Assembly: GCA_958296125.1 (NCBI GenBank)
Contig: OY282444.1
Location: 1,289,176 to 1,353,175 of the forward strand
DNA: 64,000 bases
Origin: an uncultured Poribacteria bacterium
Lineage (GTDB): Bacteria > Poribacteria > WGA-4E > PCPOR2b
Direction: 5' to 3'
Position numbers and translations under genes: made by a program. Of this stretch, positions 55,009 through 64,000 are shown piece by piece. The notes under the pieces are model-generated. The model saw only the letters and a list, made by a program, of their open reading frames with translations. It had not been told where the DNA came from and did not search any database. Within the stretch, counting starts at the first letter, position 1. The number at the start of each line of letters is the position of its first letter.

Positions 55009-56370
55009 ATGGCAAGCACTTCGGATCAGCCTAATGTAATCGTGTTTTTCACAGACCAGCAACGGTGGGACACAACAGGCGTACACGGCAATCCGCTGGA
55101 TTTGACACCGAATTTTGATCGGATGGCACGACAAGGAACGCACGTCTACCACTCGTTCACATGCCAGCCTGTTTGTGGTCCTGCGCGGTCCTGCTTGCAG
55201 ACCGGGCTTTACGCCACTGAAACGGGTTGTTACCGAAACGGTATCCCATTGTCGTCAAATCTGAAGACGCTTGCCCACCATTTTCGTGAAAGTGGCTACA
55301 GAACCGGCTACATCGGCAAGTGGCATCTTTACGATAGGGGTGATGAGGGAGCTGTCCCTGAGTCCGCGCGTGGGGGTTATGAATATTGGCTTGCCTCCAA
55401 TGTGCTTGAATTTACCTCCGATGCCTATCACACTGTTCTCTACAATAATGACAACCAACCTGTCAAACTCCCCGGCTATCGTGTGGATGCCGTTACCGAT
55501 GCCATGATTCGCTACATTGACGCTCACCAAGGCAATCCATTTTACCTTTTCACCTCGTATATTGAGCCGCACCACCAGAATCACCTTGATGATTATCCGC
55601 CGCCCGATGGCTACCGTGAACGTTACGCGGGGCGATGGATTCCGCCAGATCTCGCTGCGTTGGGTGGCTCAACGCATCAGCACATCGCCGGCTATTACGG
55701 CATGGTCAAACGCCTTGATGAAGCACTTGGCAGGGTGTTGGATGCCCTCAAGAGTCTTAACCTGCTCGATAACACGATTCTGCTCTTTACATCGGATCAC
55801 GGTTGTCACTTCAAGACCCGAAATGCGGAATACAAACGCTCCTGCCACGAAAGTTCCATCCGTGTTCCCACTGCACTGCACGGGCCCGGTTTCGATGGTG
55901 GCGGGCAGCTTCAACAACTAGTCAGTCTCGTTGACCTACCGCCAACCCTTCTCGATGCTGCCGGGATTCCTGTGCCCGAAGAGATGCAAGGGCGTTCAAT
56001 GCTTCCACTGACAAGAGGTGAAACGGATGGGTGGCCCGAGGAGGTTTTCGTTCAGGTAAGCGAGTCACAGGTGGGACGCGCGGTCCGCACCCACCGATGG
56101 AAATACGGTGTTGCTGCGCCGGGGGGACGCGGCGCGCAGGGTGCAGCATCAGAGCGGTATGCCGAGGAGTCTTTCTATGATCTACAGGCAGATCCATACG
56201 AGTTGACAAATCTCATCGGCCGAGAGTCGCATCAGGAGGTTGCTGCGGTGATGCGGGATCGTCTTATCCGACGCATGATTGAAGCAGGTGAAGCGGCACC
56301 GACCATCGAACCTGCGCCGACACAACCGAGTGGGCAGCGGCGGGTTTCTCCTGAGGAGGCACGTGCCTAA
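55009..56370 (+). CDS. Sulfatase (S1, formylglycine-dependent)
   Basis: FFTDQQR, CGPARSCLQTG (CxPxR), GKWH, FTSDHG. Confidence 0.93.
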   Translation: MASTSDQPNVIVFFTDQQRWDTTGVHGNPLDLTPNFDRMARQGTHVYHSFTCQPVCGPARSCLQTGLYATETGCYRNGIPLSSNLKTLAHHFRESGYRTGYIGKWHLYDRGDEGAVPESARGGYEYWLASNVLEFTSDAYHTVLYNNDNQPVKLPGYRVDAVTDAMIRYIDAHQGNPFYLFTSYIEPHHQNHLDDYPPPDGYRERYAGRWIPPDLAALGGSTHQHIAGYYGMVKRLDEALGRVLDALKSLNLLDNTILLFTSDHGCHFKTRNAEYKRSCHESSIRVPTALHGPGFDGGGQLQQLVSLVDLPPTLLDAAGIPVPEEMQGRSMLPLTRGETDGWPEEVFVQVSESQVGRAVRTHRWKYGVAAPGGRGAQGAASERYAEESFYDLQADPYELTNLIGRESHQEVAAVMRDRLIRRMIEAGEAAPTIEPAPTQPSGQRRVSPEEARA

Positions 56371-56402
56371 ACCTGAGTTGGAATGAATTAAGCGAGCAGC
56401 CC

Positions 56403-57845
56403 CTAAATCCTTGCTAAGTTTGCGTAAACTTTTCGTCCTTCGTTGAACAAGTGTAGGACTTCTTCCCGCTGAGTATCCTTTGTAAACCGCCAATCCCGGT
56501 TCACTATCTCCATCGCACTGTCAATTGAGCGAACAAAGAACGCTGCTGATGCCTGTGCGATGTCAGCAGGGATGCCCGTGCCGATATAGACAGGGCTTGT
56601 GTGTGCATAGATCGGTTGTGCAAAGCTGTCACGGGCTTCCCCAAAAGCGCGTGCCGCGATCCAACCGTCAGATTCGATTCGGAGGTCAAACGCCCACTCC
56701 CCACCCTGTCTCACTCCGTCGAGGGGCACTGTTTGTGTGACTACCCCGTTGTAAACCAATTCGACACGGTCGAGCGGATAGTGCGACTGCCACGCGATTT
56801 GCCCTGATACCTTACGAGGATGTCCATCCGGCGATTTGATGGTGCTGCCGGGTGTTTTCCCATCAAGGTTCAGGAACAGTGCCGGTCCGTTCGTGATAAA
56901 TGTACATCCCGCCTGCAAGCCTCTCAACCAGTTTTCATAGGTAAATTCGCCATCAGTCTGGACATAAACACGATTGTTCGCGCAGATGAACCAATCTGTC
57001 CCTGTGGATGCAGGCAGCGGGATACCGCAGTTGAGCAGGTGATACCAGAGGTCGTATTCAAGGTCTTTCCAGCCGGGATCGAACAGGTTAAAGGCATCCA
57101 ATTTCCCTAATGCAGCCGCCACCGGTGCTTCCATCCCGCTACCGTTGTGGCACCACAGCACGATGCCTCCCTGTCGTTTCGCATCGTCACAGGCATAACA
57201 GATCGGCGGATAGTCGGGGTCAAAGCTACTGACGAGATCGCCACGACTGACAGGCTTAACCAGATTCTCAATGTGCAAGAACATGACGTGCCCGGACCCA
57301 CCACCGTAATGGGAGTTATGGCGGTTCTCCTCGCCGCAATCGACGAGGTGATGCGCGGTCGAATAATCGGTCATGAACCCGAGCGGATACTTATTGCTGG
57401 CATAGGGCAGTTCACCCCGCTGAAGGATGCTGATGACGGTCACGCTGAGGTCGTGGACTTTTGGATCGAGCCGCAACCGATCATCAGGCTGAGCCTCCTG
57501 CTCATTGTAGTGCAGATGTGTATTCCCCGGATACCAACCTTGCGACGGTAGGTCTGCCCACCGTTTGAGATCCAACTCGACCTCAACCGCCCCTTTTGCA
57601 GGCATCGAAACGACCTTCCGAAGGGGTTCATACTCCGTGCCGCGCTCAACTACGATGTCCGTTGAACCGCGGGGCACATCCACAGTAAACTCGCCCGGAC
57701 AGTAGAAAAACGGGTCGCCCGGTCCAATCTTCAGGATGCTATCGGTCGGGTGGACAAACTGCCCGCTACTGGTCAGGACATGGACTTTCGCCTCGACGCA
57801 GGCACCTGAAACGCTGTCTCGAATAACGCCTTTAAGTGTTGCCAT
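56403..57845 (-). CDS. CehA/McbA family PHP-like metallohydrolase
   Basis: WYPGNTHLH, GEE, WCHN, ASTGTD, FITNGP, AHTSPVY. Confidence 0.85.
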   Translation of the reverse strand: MATLKGVIRDSVSGACVEAKVHVLTSSGQFVHPTDSILKIGPGDPFFYCPGEFTVDVPRGSTDIVVERGTEYEPLRKVVSMPAKGAVEVELDLKRWADLPSQGWYPGNTHLHYNEQEAQPDDRLRLDPKVHDLSVTVISILQRGELPYASNKYPLGFMTDYSTAHHLVDCGEENRHNSHYGGGSGHVMFLHIENLVKPVSRGDLVSSFDPDYPPICYACDDAKRQGGIVLWCHNGSGMEAPVAAALGKLDAFNLFDPGWKDLEYDLWYHLLNCGIPLPASTGTDWFICANNRVYVQTDGEFTYENWLRGLQAGCTFITNGPALFLNLDGKTPGSTIKSPDGHPRKVSGQIAWQSHYPLDRVELVYNGVVTQTVPLDGVRQGGEWAFDLRIESDGWIAARAFGEARDSFAQPIYAHTSPVYIGTGIPADIAQASAAFFVRSIDSAMEIVNRDWRFTKDTQREEVLHLFNEGRKVYANLARI

Positions 57846-57859
57846 GGAGTTGCTCCTCT

Positions 57860-59326
57860 TTACACATCGTCACGTAGGGCATCGGCGGGCCCCCACGGCG
57901 CAAATGCTACTGTTGCATACGGGTTGAAGATGATGTCGTCTTCGCGTCCTGCGAACCGCCACATCCGACGCACTAGATCGCGCTTCACCTCCTGATAATC
58001 GGCATGGTCGCTGAGGTTCACCATCTCGTGCGGGTCGTTCCGCAAATCATATACCTCGTCGAAGTCAAAACCGTTGTAGACGTATTTGAACGCTTTGGTG
58101 GTCACGACGCGCTGGCTATAATACAACTCGACACCGTTGAACTGTGTGTAGAATGTGTCCGTCCAATCGGAGGGGGTTTCGTCTTTCAGGAATGGCACGA
58201 GGCTCCGCCCCGTTAGGTTCTCCGGGGGTGGTTCGCCCGCCAACTCGATGAAGGTCGGTGCAAAATCGGCGAGGCTCACAAATTCGTCAACTTCGCGGTT
58301 GGAATTGGCAATCCCTTGGGGCCAGCGGGCAATCGTGGGGATGTGATAAGCCTCACGGAATGCCGGCACCCCTTTGAGGTACAATCCGTGTGCGCCGCAG
58401 TAATCGCCGTGGTCGCTCATTCGTAAAACAAGGGTGTTCTCCGCCTGCCCTGTTTCCTCCAATGTCTCAAGCACCTCACCGAACATCGCGTCCTCCATTG
58501 TGCAGTATCCCCAATAGTGCTGGATGGACTCGCGCACCTCGTCCTCCGAAAGTTGTCCCCAATACTGTTGACGCGCACGCTGATACGCGCGAGGCTTGTC
58601 TTCAAGTGTGTCGTGGAAGTTCGGCGGCAAGGGAATCTCTTTGGGGTCATACATCCGGGCGAATCGCTCTGGCACGATGAACGGGTCGTGGGGCCCACTC
58701 GGTCCGATGTATAGACACCACGGCGCATCCGCTTGGGATAATCGCTGCAACGCATCCAATCCAGACTGCACAACACGATAATCTCGGTGGTCTTCATAGC
58801 CTTTCGGTGTGTCGGTCGGGTAGGATTGATACAGTTGATAGTGCCCCCAGCCGGGGCGGAGGATTTGCCCACGCTGGCGTTCCGTTGATTCGGGTTGTTT
58901 GGCTTGTTCCTGCCACTGTGCAACAGAACGGTGCATGTAGCTGCCTTTGCCCGCTGTGATGTGCAAATCTTCCCAGCCCCGGTCGGATGGATTCTCGGCA
59001 TCGGTGACATGCCATTTCCCGGCATACGCCAAGTTATAGCCCGAAGATCGGAGGACCTCACTGAACATCCCGACACCTTCGTAGAGAGCGTGGTGGATGG
59101 CGGTCGGATTGCTGACGTTGTTGTAGATGCCGTGCCGACTGGGATACAAACCTGTCATGAACGTTGCCCGTGAGGGGCAGCAGTGCGCCGTTGGACAAAA
59201 TGAACGGCGAAAGAGAACTCCCTCCTGCGCTAATCTCGTAGCGTTAGGTGTGATACATGGATGGTCTGGATGCACCACATCGGCTTGCTCTTGGTCGGTC
59301 ATAAAAATAAGAATGTTGGGTCTCAT
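57860..59326 (-). CDS. Sulfatase (S1, formylglycine-dependent)
   Basis: PNILIFMTDQ, CCPSRATFMTG, GKWH, GPHDPF, SDHGD; start at ATG 59326 with RBS. Confidence 0.93.
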   Translation of the reverse strand: MRPNILIFMTDQEQADVVHPDHPCITPNATRLAQEGVLFRRSFCPTAHCCPSRATFMTGLYPSRHGIYNNVSNPTAIHHALYEGVGMFSEVLRSSGYNLAYAGKWHVTDAENPSDRGWEDLHITAGKGSYMHRSVAQWQEQAKQPESTERQRGQILRPGWGHYQLYQSYPTDTPKGYEDHRDYRVVQSGLDALQRLSQADAPWCLYIGPSGPHDPFIVPERFARMYDPKEIPLPPNFHDTLEDKPRAYQRARQQYWGQLSEDEVRESIQHYWGYCTMEDAMFGEVLETLEETGQAENTLVLRMSDHGDYCGAHGLYLKGVPAFREAYHIPTIARWPQGIANSNREVDEFVSLADFAPTFIELAGEPPPENLTGRSLVPFLKDETPSDWTDTFYTQFNGVELYYSQRVVTTKAFKYVYNGFDFDEVYDLRNDPHEMVNLSDHADYQEVKRDLVRRMWRFAGREDDIIFNPYATVAFAPWGPADALRDDV

Positions 59327-59516
59327 GTGCCCCTCCCGTGCCAAGCTTGTCTCAACGGTCAAGTAGTTAAGTGGATTTGCATTTCTTTCAACGATTTCCC
59401 CGCTTGATCCCTTCCGCAACTAGCAATATCTAATTAGGTTATCATAAGTCGAAAGTTAGGTTATGATAGTCGGACTATGTCAAGCTTTTAGTCCGTTAAT
59501 CAACCCTCAATACCCG

Positions 59517-61760
59517 TTAAAATTCGGTGGTAATCCCTAAGTAGGGGATGATCGGAAATTGGTAAATTTCGTTTTTTTCTGTATAATCGTCGCTGTAACT
59601 AAACTCGAGCAGGTTCTTGCGATTATAGGCGTTTAGGAGTTCAAGAAAGAGACTCATCTCCCAACTTTTAAATCGAAACGCTTTACTGAGTTTCATATCC
59701 AACCGATGATAGGGTGGAAGTCGCCCCGAATTTGTTTCCGCGTAAATGGGGATGTAGATAGACTCTCCGTTACGCGGGTCGGTTTGCAGGATTGCATCTA
59801 GCACCGGAGTATAGGGGTTGCCGGTTCGGTATTGCCATTTTACACCAATCTCCCAAGTCGGCGTTAGGCGGTAAGTCGCCGCCAAGGTCGCAACGTGCGT
59901 CTGGTCAAACGAATAGTAGCGATACGGCTCCTCTGGTCGATCCCGGCGTTTGGAGAGCCCATACGCATAGGAACCCCAACCCAAAAATCGATCGCCCGTG
60001 CGATGGCGTAAAAACACCTCAGTCCCTTGCGCGAATCCAGCCCCTTGGTTAAGATAGATCATATTATCATCATTTGTGACAAGGTTCGCAAGATTTTTGT
60101 AATAGCCTGCAAATTTGAATTCGGTCCCCTCCGAAACTTGGCGTGTGAATTCCAATACATAGTGACTCGCTTGGCTTGTGCTCAAATCAGGGTTCCCAAT
60201 GCTCTGGGTCAATCGCGGCGGGCCTGGGACCTGATAATAGTTGCCGTAAGAGAATTGGAGTTGAGAACCTTCCATAATGTCCAACAGGAGACTTCCGCGC
60301 GGTTGAATAGAAAACTCATCAATCAGACTATAGTAATCCACCCTCAAACCGAGCGCAACCGACAAGAATGGTAACACCCGATACCGGTCTTGCAGATACA
60401 CTTCCACCCGTTTGCCAAGGACGGATTCATCGAACGTTTGCTTTTCAACAAACCGTGGATCATAATCGACTTCCCCCTCATCGGGCGGACGGATAAACCG
60501 ACCAGTGGCTCTGCCCGGTTCGAGCCCAAGTATCACGCCGGATTCAAGTCGATGTTTTGGCGTTAAGGTGTAGATGAGGTCCTCGCGGAGTATGTAATCG
60601 GGTGCATCAATCTCGAGAGAAAGCCCCGGACCGACATCCACATCGAATTGGAAATAGGAGCGGGTCAAGGATAAAAAGGAGGTCAACCGGTCCGTGAACT
60701 GGGAACGGAGGTGAATACCAGCTCCTTCAAAGCCGCTCCCGAAGCTAACGTTCCCTCTAATATCCTCGTCCACATCTTCGCCATCCAGCTTGAGTGCAAA
60801 GTTGTCCCCGGAGGCAAATAGGTTCAGCGAGAGTTGATGTTTTTCGTCGAGGTTATAGGCTCCCTTTACCTGATAATCCCAGAAGCGGGGGAAGGCGGTG
60901 ATTTGTCCGGTATCAAACGACAACGATCCGAGAAACAGATCAATGTAACTCCGTCGCCCGGCGGCATACCAGAACCCCTGATCGCCGATTTTTCCCTCCA
61001 AGAGTCCTTCCGAGTAAAGCACGTTCAGGTTAAATTTTGCACGGAAGCCGTCCGTGTTCTTGTAGCGGGAATAGATGTCAATCACCGCCTGGGAATCGAC
61101 ACCAAATTCGGCACCGTAGCCGCCGGCGTAGACATCGATCCGCTCAATGACTTCAGAACTGAGAGACGAGACGATGCCACCAAGATGGTAGGGATAACCG
61201 ATTGGCACTCGATCAAAATAGTATAGGTTGTCTTCATCGGAGCCGCCGCGGATATAGAGGGCCCCGCTAAAGTCGTTTGCGACACCGATACTGGGCAAGG
61301 CTTGCAGAGCGCGCAGGGCATCGCCTACGGATCCGGGGACACGCTGAATCTCTGCACTGCCTAAACTCTGTCTGCCAACGACTGACGCAGCCCGCTCGCC
61401 CGTCACTTCTACCTCATCAAGAGTAACTACCACCTGTTCAACGTAAATTTTAATTTGGGTGGTTTCTCCCGGCTCGATGGTGACGGCGACATCGTTCTCC
61501 AGACGATACTCGGAAGCGGAGACGGTGAGTGTATATTTTCCGGCGGGTAAGTCGCTGAATCGAAATTCGCCATTCTGATTGGTTACGGTGCGCTGATTTG
61601 TTTCTACGATGCGGACCTGTATGGATGCGACAGGCTGCTCAAGATTCTGTTGATAGACTGTGCCGTAGATTTCCCCGGTGCCGCTTGGGACTTGTTGTCC
61701 AAATACAACATAGGGGTAAAAGGATAGGACGAATAGAAAACAGATTGAAAACCTTTTCAC
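59517..61760 (-). CDS. TonB-dependent receptor with N-terminal carboxypeptidase-regulatory-like domain
   Basis: Signal peptide; TNQNGEFRF, LDEVEVTG, plug IRGG, C-terminal aromatic F. Confidence 0.92.
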   Translation of the reverse strand: MKRFSICFLFVLSFYPYVVFGQQVPSGTGEIYGTVYQQNLEQPVASIQVRIVETNQRTVTNQNGEFRFSDLPAGKYTLTVSASEYRLENDVAVTIEPGETTQIKIYVEQVVVTLDEVEVTGERAASVVGRQSLGSAEIQRVPGSVGDALRALQALPSIGVANDFSGALYIRGGSDEDNLYYFDRVPIGYPYHLGGIVSSLSSEVIERIDVYAGGYGAEFGVDSQAVIDIYSRYKNTDGFRAKFNLNVLYSEGLLEGKIGDQGFWYAAGRRSYIDLFLGSLSFDTGQITAFPRFWDYQVKGAYNLDEKHQLSLNLFASGDNFALKLDGEDVDEDIRGNVSFGSGFEGAGIHLRSQFTDRLTSFLSLTRSYFQFDVDVGPGLSLEIDAPDYILREDLIYTLTPKHRLESGVILGLEPGRATGRFIRPPDEGEVDYDPRFVEKQTFDESVLGKRVEVYLQDRYRVLPFLSVALGLRVDYYSLIDEFSIQPRGSLLLDIMEGSQLQFSYGNYYQVPGPPRLTQSIGNPDLSTSQASHYVLEFTRQVSEGTEFKFAGYYKNLANLVTNDDNMIYLNQGAGFAQGTEVFLRHRTGDRFLGWGSYAYGLSKRRDRPEEPYRYYSFDQTHVATLAATYRLTPTWEIGVKWQYRTGNPYTPVLDAILQTDPRNGESIYIPIYAETNSGRLPPYHRLDMKLSKAFRFKSWEMSLFLELLNAYNRKNLLEFSYSDDYTEKNEIYQFPIIPYLGITTEF

Positions 61761-61933
61761 GGGGTGCTGTTCTCCTTTGATGTTTTTAGTTTGTTCACAT
61801 AACGGAAATATTTCGATCTAAGTTGACACCTCAATAAGAAAGGAAGCAATTGAATTTTTGAGACGGGTGCACAGTTAGGGAGAACATCGGGACCATGCTG
61901 GCTTGCGGGATGGAAATCGGAAGGGATGAATCT

Positions 61934-62257
61934 CTAGGCATTTGGCAAGATTTGGAGGTGGTGCTGCCGCTCTTCCCAATCGGGCAGGTAGGCGGACATA
62001 AAACTCTTGAACACCCTCCCGTGGTTCGGGGCGAGGAGATGGACTAATTCGTGGACGATGACAAACTCTCTCAACGCTTCCGGCAGGTTAAGCAAGTCGG
62101 TGCTGAGGGTCAACCGCCCACTCGTTGATATAGATGCCCACTTCCGCCGCATGTCGCGTAGGTGCACCTCTCGCACAGTGACACCGATGCGGTCTGCCCA
62201 TTCCCACACAGCACCTTTCAAATCCTCTGAATCATGTCGGACACTTTTGCTCTTCAT
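61934..62257 (-). CDS. YgjP/DUF45 (M48-like) metallopeptidase associated with type I R-M
   Basis: KWASIS, VIVHELVHL (HExxH), NHGRVF; overlaps the hsdR stop. Confidence 0.9.
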   Translation of the reverse strand: MKSKSVRHDSEDLKGAVWEWADRIGVTVREVHLRDMRRKWASISTSGRLTLSTDLLNLPEALREFVIVHELVHLLAPNHGRVFKSFMSAYLPDWEERQHHLQILPNA

Positions 62258-64000
62258 ATCCGTTGTATCTTCAATAAGGCATTTGTTGGCTCTATAACAC
62301 CTTGGTTAAGGATTGGTCTCAAGGTCCGGTAGAGCTTAATTCTTAACTCACGATCCTGCTGTCTGTTCCATTGATAATCGGGAAATTGGTCAAATATGCT
62401 ATTGACCGCTCCCACCTGTTCTGGGGTAATGTCTTTTTCAAACTCCTTAAGAACCGTATAAACCGTGTAGGCGTTTTCGTCTAGGTTCATTCGGGCGCGT
62501 TCGCTTGATGCCTGTTCACATTCCTTCACTAACTCCCTAAACTCAACTAATACCTCTTGCGTTGTCAGTTGACGGTTTTCATAAGCTTCGGTCAGTGCCT
62601 CCGCCCGTTCCCCAATTGAGATGAGAAAAGGTTTTGACCGACTCTCTTCTGTCACTGTTTTATGCAGTATCTTCCGCAAATTCAGCACCTTCACCTTATC
62701 GGAGACATCGCGATCCCCAACTTCCCTCAATGTGTTAGCGTCCAACACTTGAATAGACCCCGGTAACGCAAACCGATCGCTGCCCGTATGCTGCTGTAGC
62801 AGTTCCCGCGTCTTGGCAGTCAATTCCTTATCAACGTAAATACGATCAGCGTATGCGTTACGAATCAGTCCATAGAGCGATGCAAGCGATTGATAATCAT
62901 CAATAAAGGGGTGTAAGTAGGCATCTGGCGAAAGGATGGTATAGATATCCTGCAACCGCTTGAAGAATTTGAAAAAGGTCTCTCTGTCCTCCCTGTCATC
63001 AAAGTGCTCAATCGCGTGCTCTTTCGCCCTATCGTCCCACCCCCTCGCAAAGGGCAAATACTGCGCCGCGTCCTCCTGAATTAGCTCAACGAACAGTTTC
63101 TTGAGTCTATCAAGATTCCGAATCACGCTCCCCACCTCTTCTGAATCAAACGCGAGGGCTTTTTCCAAGTTTGCAAAAATACCGACAAAATCTAGGACAA
63201 ACCCGTAAGGTTTTATTAGCCCGTCGTCGTCGTCATAAGGACGGTTGACACGCGCAATTGCCTGTAACAGCACATGGTCACGCATCGGTTTATCGAGGTA
63301 GATGCAGTAGAGAATCGGAGCATCGAAGCCGGTCAACAACTTTTGGGTCACAATCAGAATTTTTGGATGCTTGCTTTTATCGGAGAATTTTTTACGAATC
63401 TCCTTCTCTTGGTCATCGGTGCGATGATACGCTTTCATGGCTGCGGGGTCTTGATGGTAGGGTGAATAGACCATCTCCGAATATTCTGGCGGTAAATATT
63501 TATCGAGTGCCGCCTTGTATAACGCACACGCTTCACGGTCAACAGCAACGAGAAACGCCTTGAATCCCATCGGCTCCACGTTTTCCTGAAAATGTTTGGC
63601 AACAGCCGCGGCAACGTTATCAACCCGATCGGAGGCTTTCATTATCTCTTTTAAGCTGATCGCACGGTCTAGAATCGCGTGCAGCTCTTCAAAATCGCTC
63701 ACGCCTTCTGCTACCACAAGGCTTAAAAATTCTCGCTCCAGTGTTTCGCGGTCAACCTGCAAATCGGACGGGGCAAGGGCATAATTCAGTGGAACGGTGG
63801 TGCCGTCTTCAATGGATTCGACTATTGCGTATTTATCTAGATAGCCCTGATCGTCGTCCACACCGAACACCTTAAAGGTCCCTTTGCCCTGAGAGAGGTT
63901 ATCGATTGGGGTGCCAGTAAAACCGATATAGGTCGCATTGGGTAGGGCTGCCATCAGGTAGTTGCCCAAATCGCCGCCGGTCGTTCGGTGCGCTTCATCA
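62254..64000 (-). CDS. hsdR: Type I restriction enzyme R subunit, 5' part outside the window
   Basis: DEAHRT at the window edge, GFTGTP, KLLTGFDAP, YLDKPM, LLQAIARVNR. Confidence 0.93.
   Translation of the reverse strand, partial: DEAHRTTGGDLGNYLMAALPNATYIGFTGTPIDNLSQGKGTFKVFGVDDDQGYLDKYAIVESIEDGTTVPLNYALAPSDLQVDRETLEREFLSLVVAEGVSDFEELHAILDRAISLKEIMKASDRVDNVAAAVAKHFQENVEPMGFKAFLVAVDREACALYKAALDKYLPPEYSEMVYSPYHQDPAAMKAYHRTDDQEKEIRKKFSDKSKHPKILIVTQKLLTGFDAPILYCIYLDKPMRDHVLLQAIARVNRPYDDDDGLIKPYGFVLDFVGIFANLEKALAFDSEEVGSVIRNLDRLKKLFVELIQEDAAQYLPFARGWDDRAKEHAIEHFDDREDRETFFKFFKRLQDIYTILSPDAYLHPFIDDYQSLASLYGLIRNAYADRIYVDKELTAKTRELLQQHTGSDRFALPGSIQVLDANTLREVGDRDVSDKVKVLNLRKILHKTVTEESRSKPFLISIGERAEALTEAYENRQLTTQEVLVEFRELVKECEQASSERARMNLDENAYTVYTVLKEFEKDITPEQVGAVNSIFDQFPDYQWNRQQDRELRIKLYRTLRPILNQGVIEPTNALLKIQRI

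Overview
A gene-dense bacterial window of about 45 genuine CDSs. The gene mix suggests Candidatus Poribacteria (inference, not a database result): an internalin-type LRR protein with a FlgD-Ig C-terminal domain, three PhyH dioxygenases, sulfatases, a Uma2 endonuclease, vWA proteins and WD40/BNR propellers. Most of it is catabolic and accessory metabolism with defence genes interspersed (Hhe-like helicase-nuclease, HerA-NurA pair, type I R-M). Two things stand out that the ORF track misses. (1) A selenium locus at 11933-15359. A 'split' short MetE-like gene is really one ORF with an in-frame UGA at its zinc-ligand Cys (HL-U-RGN) followed by a SECIS-like hairpin. Next come a Sec-encoding selD and the selenosugar synthase senB, with no senA in the window. 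(2) A small phage-like remnant at about 48900-50580. Here one secreted-protein gene is bracketed on the same strand by a type II hammerhead ribozyme upstream and a twister ribozyme downstream, which would excise a 798-nt mRNA with RtcB-ligatable ends. Also notable are a HerA with a recent tandem duplication of its ATPase domain in which one copy lost the arginine finger, a degenerate DnaA paralog, and a RelA-Zn-finger/DUF2250 fusion. All family calls come from motifs I recognised by eye; no searches were run.
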